DNA from: an uncultured Verrucomicrobiae bacterium | GTDB lineage: Bacteria; Verrucomicrobiota; Verrucomicrobiia; Limisphaerales; UBA11358 | Length of the DNA: 64,000 nucleotides | Assembly (NCBI GenBank): GCA_963738245.1 | Contig: CAVTWB010000011.1 | Location: 83,498 to 147,497 of the forward strand | Direction: 5' to 3' | Part shown: piece by piece, positions 60,857-64,000 of the stretch | Numbering within the stretch: position 1 is the stretch's first letter | Layout of the letters: the number at the start of each line of letters is the position of its first letter | Made by a program: the position numbers and the translations under genes | The notes under the pieces: model-generated | Database searches by the model: none | Told to the model about the DNA's origin: nothing | Seen by the model: only the letters and a program-made list of their open reading frames with translations

Positions 60857-61243
60857 TCAGTTCGCCACCGGCGCGAGGTGCAGGATTTCGCCGATGCGTT
60901 TTTCGAGACGGTTCAAATCCAGCGGCTTGGTGAAGAAATCCTCCGCGTGCATGGTCGCGGTGCGCCTGGTGATGTCGCCGGTGAGCGCGCTCATGAAAAT
61001 GACGGGAATTTTTTTCGTGGCTGGCTGGCGGCGCAGAATTTCACAGACCGACAGGCCGTCAAGGTCGGGCAGCAGGATGTCCAGCAGGATGAGATCCGGC
61101 TTCAACGTCCGCGCCTGGCTCAAGGCGTGGATGCCGTCATGGGCCACGATCAGGTCATAGCCGTGCCCCGCGAGCTTGTATTGCAACAGCTCGATGAAGT
61201 CATTCTCGTCATCCACTATCAGGATGCTTGGCACCATGCTCAC
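60857..61243 (-). CDS. single-domain CheY-like response regulator
   Basis: ILIVDDENDFIELL..DLILLDILLPDLDG..FMSALT..FTKP. Confidence 0.85.
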   Translation of the reverse strand: MSMVPSILIVDDENDFIELLQYKLAGHGYDLIVAHDGIHALSQARTLKPDLILLDILLPDLDGLSVCEILRRQPATKKIPVIFMSALTGDITRRTATMHAEDFFTKPLDLNRLEKRIGEILHLAPVAN

Positions 61244-61453
61244 AACCTAGCTTACTTTGCGCCAAACACAAAGACCGCCGGGTTAAAACCGTGTGACGAA
61301 ATGGAAACGGAAATTTGAACGCCAACCAATGTTTGCAAGGAATTCCAGCGGAACAAATTGCCAGGGCCCGGCTCACGGCATGATCGTGAACATGAATTAT
61401 TGCCACGAAAATTTTCCGCGCAATTCCCGCAAACAGCCGCCACCGGCTTATCC

Positions 61454-63631
61454 TCACCGCACCTGGTAATATTTCTGCGTGTATTCCTTGACCATGCGGT
61501 CGGTGGTGAACTGCGGCACGAGTGTCTTCATGGTGCAGCGGATGCGCTGGATCCATTTGCGCGGGATGCCCTGCTCGTCGCGGTCGAAGAACAGCGGCAC
61601 GACCTGTTCGGTGAGCGTCTGGTAAAGATTCGCGCTGTCCACGCGGTCCTGCTCCTCGATGCTGTCGGGATGCGAATCCTTGCCGATGGCGAAGCCATTG
61701 GTGCCGTCGTAGCCTTCGCGCCACCAGCCGTCGAGGATGCTCATGTTCATGCAGCCGTGGCAGCTCGCCTTCATGCCGCTGGTGCCGGATGCTTCGAGCG
61801 GGCGGCGTGGATTGTTCAGCCAGATGTCGCAACCGGAAACCATCTGCCGCGCGACGTGGATGTCGTAGTTTTCGAGAAAGACAAGGCTGCCCGTCAGTTC
61901 GCTGTGCTTGCTCAAATGAATGATCTGCTGGATGAATCGTTTGCCCTCGTCGTCGCGCGGGTGCGCTTTGCCGGCGAAAATGAACTGCACAGGCCGCTGC
62001 TTGTCATGCGTGAGCTTTACAATATTTTCGAACTGCTGGAAAATGAGCGGCGCGCGTTTGTAGGTGGCGAACCGGCGCGCGAAGCCGATGGTCAACGCGT
62101 CGGGATTCAGCAGGTGGTCGAAGCGGATGTAGTCGCCCTGCGTGGCGCGCTGGCTTTGCTGCAACAGCCGGCGGCGGGCGAATTCAATCAGCTCGCGGCG
62201 CAGCTTATAGCGCAACGCCCAAAGCTCCTCGTCGGCGACAAACGCCGGGTCGGTCATCTTCTCCCAGAAATCATTGTGATTAACCGCCGTCGCCCAGTCC
62301 TCGCCGAATTTTTCACGGCAGATGATCGCGGTGCTGGTGTTGCCATTAGTGAGCTTCTTGCGCCAGAACTGCCGCACGGTGCCCTTCATCCAGCCGAGCA
62401 GATGAATGCCGTTGGTGATGTGGCCGATGGGAACCTTATCGACGGGCGTGCCGGGATAAAGGCTCTGCCACATCTCGCGGCTGACATCGCCGTGCAGCTC
62501 GCTGACGGCGTTGGCGGCGCGCGACACCTTCAACGCGAGCACCGTCATGCAGAACGGCTCGTCCTTGTCCGCCGGATTCACGCGGCCCAGCGCCATGATG
62601 TCCGCAAACGGCACGTTCAACAGCAAGTGATAAGCCTGCAAAGCATAATCCATCAACGCCGGCGTGAAGCGGTCGTGCCCGGCCTCGACCGGCGTGTGCG
62701 TGGTGAAATGGCATTCCGCCTTCGTCGCGGTCAGCGCGTCGGGAAAACTCTTGCCGGCGGCCATCTTCTCGCGGATCAATTCCAGCGTGAGAAACGCCGC
62801 GTGGCCTTCGTTCATGTGGAACAGCGAGGGCGCGACGCCGAGCGACCGCAGCAGACGCGTGCCGCCAATGCCGAGCAAAATTTCCTGCATGATGCGCGTT
62901 GTGCTGTCGCCGCCGTAAACGCGCAGCGTCAGGTCACGGAAATGCTGCTCGTTTTCCGGGCGGTTGGTGTCCAGCAGATACACTGGCGCGCGGCCGACGT
63001 TGACGCGCCACGCCTGGAAGAACACGCGGCTCATGCCGATTTCCACGCTGCACACGAGCCGTTCGCCCCTGGCGTCCAGCACCGGTTCCACCGGCACGTT
63101 CTGCGGATCCACCGGATTGTAAAATTCCGTCTGCCAGTTGTTCGAGTCAATCGCCTGCTGAAAATAACCTTCGCGGTAAAACAGGCTGATGCCGACAAAT
63201 CCCAAACCGAGGTCGCTCGCGGACTTTGCGTGGTCGCCGGCGAGGATGCCGAGGCCGCCGGCGGAAATCGGCAGCGACTCGTGGAAGCCAAACTCGGCGG
63301 AATAATATGCGACCGGATTTTTGTGCAACGCCGGCGCGTGCTGATGGCACCAGGTCGTTTGATCCGTGAGGTAGGCATTAAAATCATTCAACACCGCCCT
63401 GGCGCGCTGCTGAAAATCGGCGTCCTGCAGCCGCGCGCGCAGCTCGGCGTCGGAAACTTCGTGCAACACGGCGACGGCGTTGTGGAAAAGATTCTGCCAC
63501 GCGCGCGGCGACAATTCCTGAAACAAGTCCTGCGCCTCCTGGTCCCAGCACCACCAGAGATTGCGCGACAATTTTTTCAAGCCCGCGACCAGTTCGGTCA
63601 ATTCGGCAGCCGTCAACGGTTTTCGTGTCAT
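61454..63631 (-). CDS. glgP: alpha-glucan (glycogen/maltodextrin) phosphorylase, GT35
   Basis: 725-aa intact ORF; ..GGLGILAGDHAKSASDLG..EASGTSGMKA.. Confidence 0.92.
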   Translation of the reverse strand: MTRKPLTAAELTELVAGLKKLSRNLWWCWDQEAQDLFQELSPRAWQNLFHNAVAVLHEVSDAELRARLQDADFQQRARAVLNDFNAYLTDQTTWCHQHAPALHKNPVAYYSAEFGFHESLPISAGGLGILAGDHAKSASDLGLGFVGISLFYREGYFQQAIDSNNWQTEFYNPVDPQNVPVEPVLDARGERLVCSVEIGMSRVFFQAWRVNVGRAPVYLLDTNRPENEQHFRDLTLRVYGGDSTTRIMQEILLGIGGTRLLRSLGVAPSLFHMNEGHAAFLTLELIREKMAAGKSFPDALTATKAECHFTTHTPVEAGHDRFTPALMDYALQAYHLLLNVPFADIMALGRVNPADKDEPFCMTVLALKVSRAANAVSELHGDVSREMWQSLYPGTPVDKVPIGHITNGIHLLGWMKGTVRQFWRKKLTNGNTSTAIICREKFGEDWATAVNHNDFWEKMTDPAFVADEELWALRYKLRRELIEFARRRLLQQSQRATQGDYIRFDHLLNPDALTIGFARRFATYKRAPLIFQQFENIVKLTHDKQRPVQFIFAGKAHPRDDEGKRFIQQIIHLSKHSELTGSLVFLENYDIHVARQMVSGCDIWLNNPRRPLEASGTSGMKASCHGCMNMSILDGWWREGYDGTNGFAIGKDSHPDSIEEQDRVDSANLYQTLTEQVVPLFFDRDEQGIPRKWIQRIRCTMKTLVPQFTTDRMVKEYTQKYYQVR

Positions 63632-63767
63632 AAGTGTAATTGCGGTTTCGCGTCCTTAATTCCGCCGGTCGGCGACCGACGTTGGCGGAAGCTAACGCAG
63701 CGGAAATAAATCGGCAAATAAAATTTATTTGGCGTTCCCGGCGGTTCCGCGGCTAAAATTCCCCACG

Positions 63768-64000
63768 TTGAAAAAATACTGGCACGTCATCGGCCTCGGG
63801 ATTCAGAACAACCTGACGTATCGCTTCAATTATCTGACGCGGACGCTGTTCAGCTTCATCCCGCTGTTCGCCATGCTGTCGCTGTGGCGCACGATTTACA
63901 CGGCGAACGGCGCCGGCCACCTGCTCTCCGGCTACACGCAGGCGCAGATGATTTTCTATTACCTGATGGTCGCCATCGTGGACGTGATGACGGCGGTGAA
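63768..64000 (+). CDS. ABC-2 type transporter permease (DUF990-like), N-terminal part, runs off window
   Basis: My translation from TTG 63768: MKKYWHVIGLGIQNNLTYRFNYLTRTLFSFIPLFAMLSLWRTIY... Confidence 0.65.
   Translation, partial: MKKYWHVIGLGIQNNLTYRFNYLTRTLFSFIPLFAMLSLWRTIYTANGAGHLLSGYTQAQMIFYYLMVAIVDVMTAV

Noticed and set aside
61358-63709. 783-aa plus-strand ORF
   Set aside because: It is fully antisense to the well-supported glgP gene. The translation is Arg/Ala/Gly-rich with no motifs, a typical open antisense frame in high-GC DNA.

Overview
High-GC (roughly 60%) bacterial chromosomal segment. It is most consistent with a Verrucomicrobiota/Planctomycetota-type genome: prepilin-type GFTL(I/V)E... 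proteins (one with a C-terminal DGHV motif), an AP2-domain protein, and dispersed hairpin repeats. Core genes present are ugd (partial), grpE, three tRNAs, ilvD, rlmN, pgl, hisH, sod, aceE, an lplA-like ligase, an rsmB-like methyltransferase, acnA and glgP. These are interspersed with lower-GC accessory islets at about 13.6-16.0 kb, 26.4-26.8 kb, 29.4-31.6 kb and 45.3-50.1 kb.

Main observations:
1. An integrase-less integron-like cassette array lies at 47.1-49.0 kb. It has three attC-type sites, an outward promoter, and a small TIR element nested identically in two of the attC sites.
2. The last ~55-70 bp of ilvD occur three times (19026, 18273, 15957). The copies delimit small cargo segments carrying a PIN module, a prolyl oligopeptidase and a HEPN-like gene. 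This looks like serial insertion at the ilvD 3' end.
3. Two unrelated arrays of strictly 21-bp-phased degenerate repeats occur at 13.7-14.2 kb and 45.4-45.75 kb. Each unit has a partially palindromic core.
4. A perfect 23/23-bp palindrome lies in frame inside acnA, a similar inverted repeat lies inside rlmN, and a 7-nt microsatellite lies inside the lplA-like gene.
5. A translationally coupled operon encodes an acyltransferase, a PAP2/IPC-synthase-like protein and a PEP-utilizing phosphotransferase.
6. An ECF sigma locus has mirror-image TGTAAC-N17-CGTAT promoters.

Caveat: many genes are split by single-nucleotide frameshifts (ilvD, acnA, prolyl oligopeptidase, ECF sigma, RluA-family, the PD40-repeat protein and others), while other long genes are intact. 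Assembly indel errors and true pseudogenisation cannot be separated from the sequence alone. Most long antisense ORFs in the track are GC-driven artefacts.
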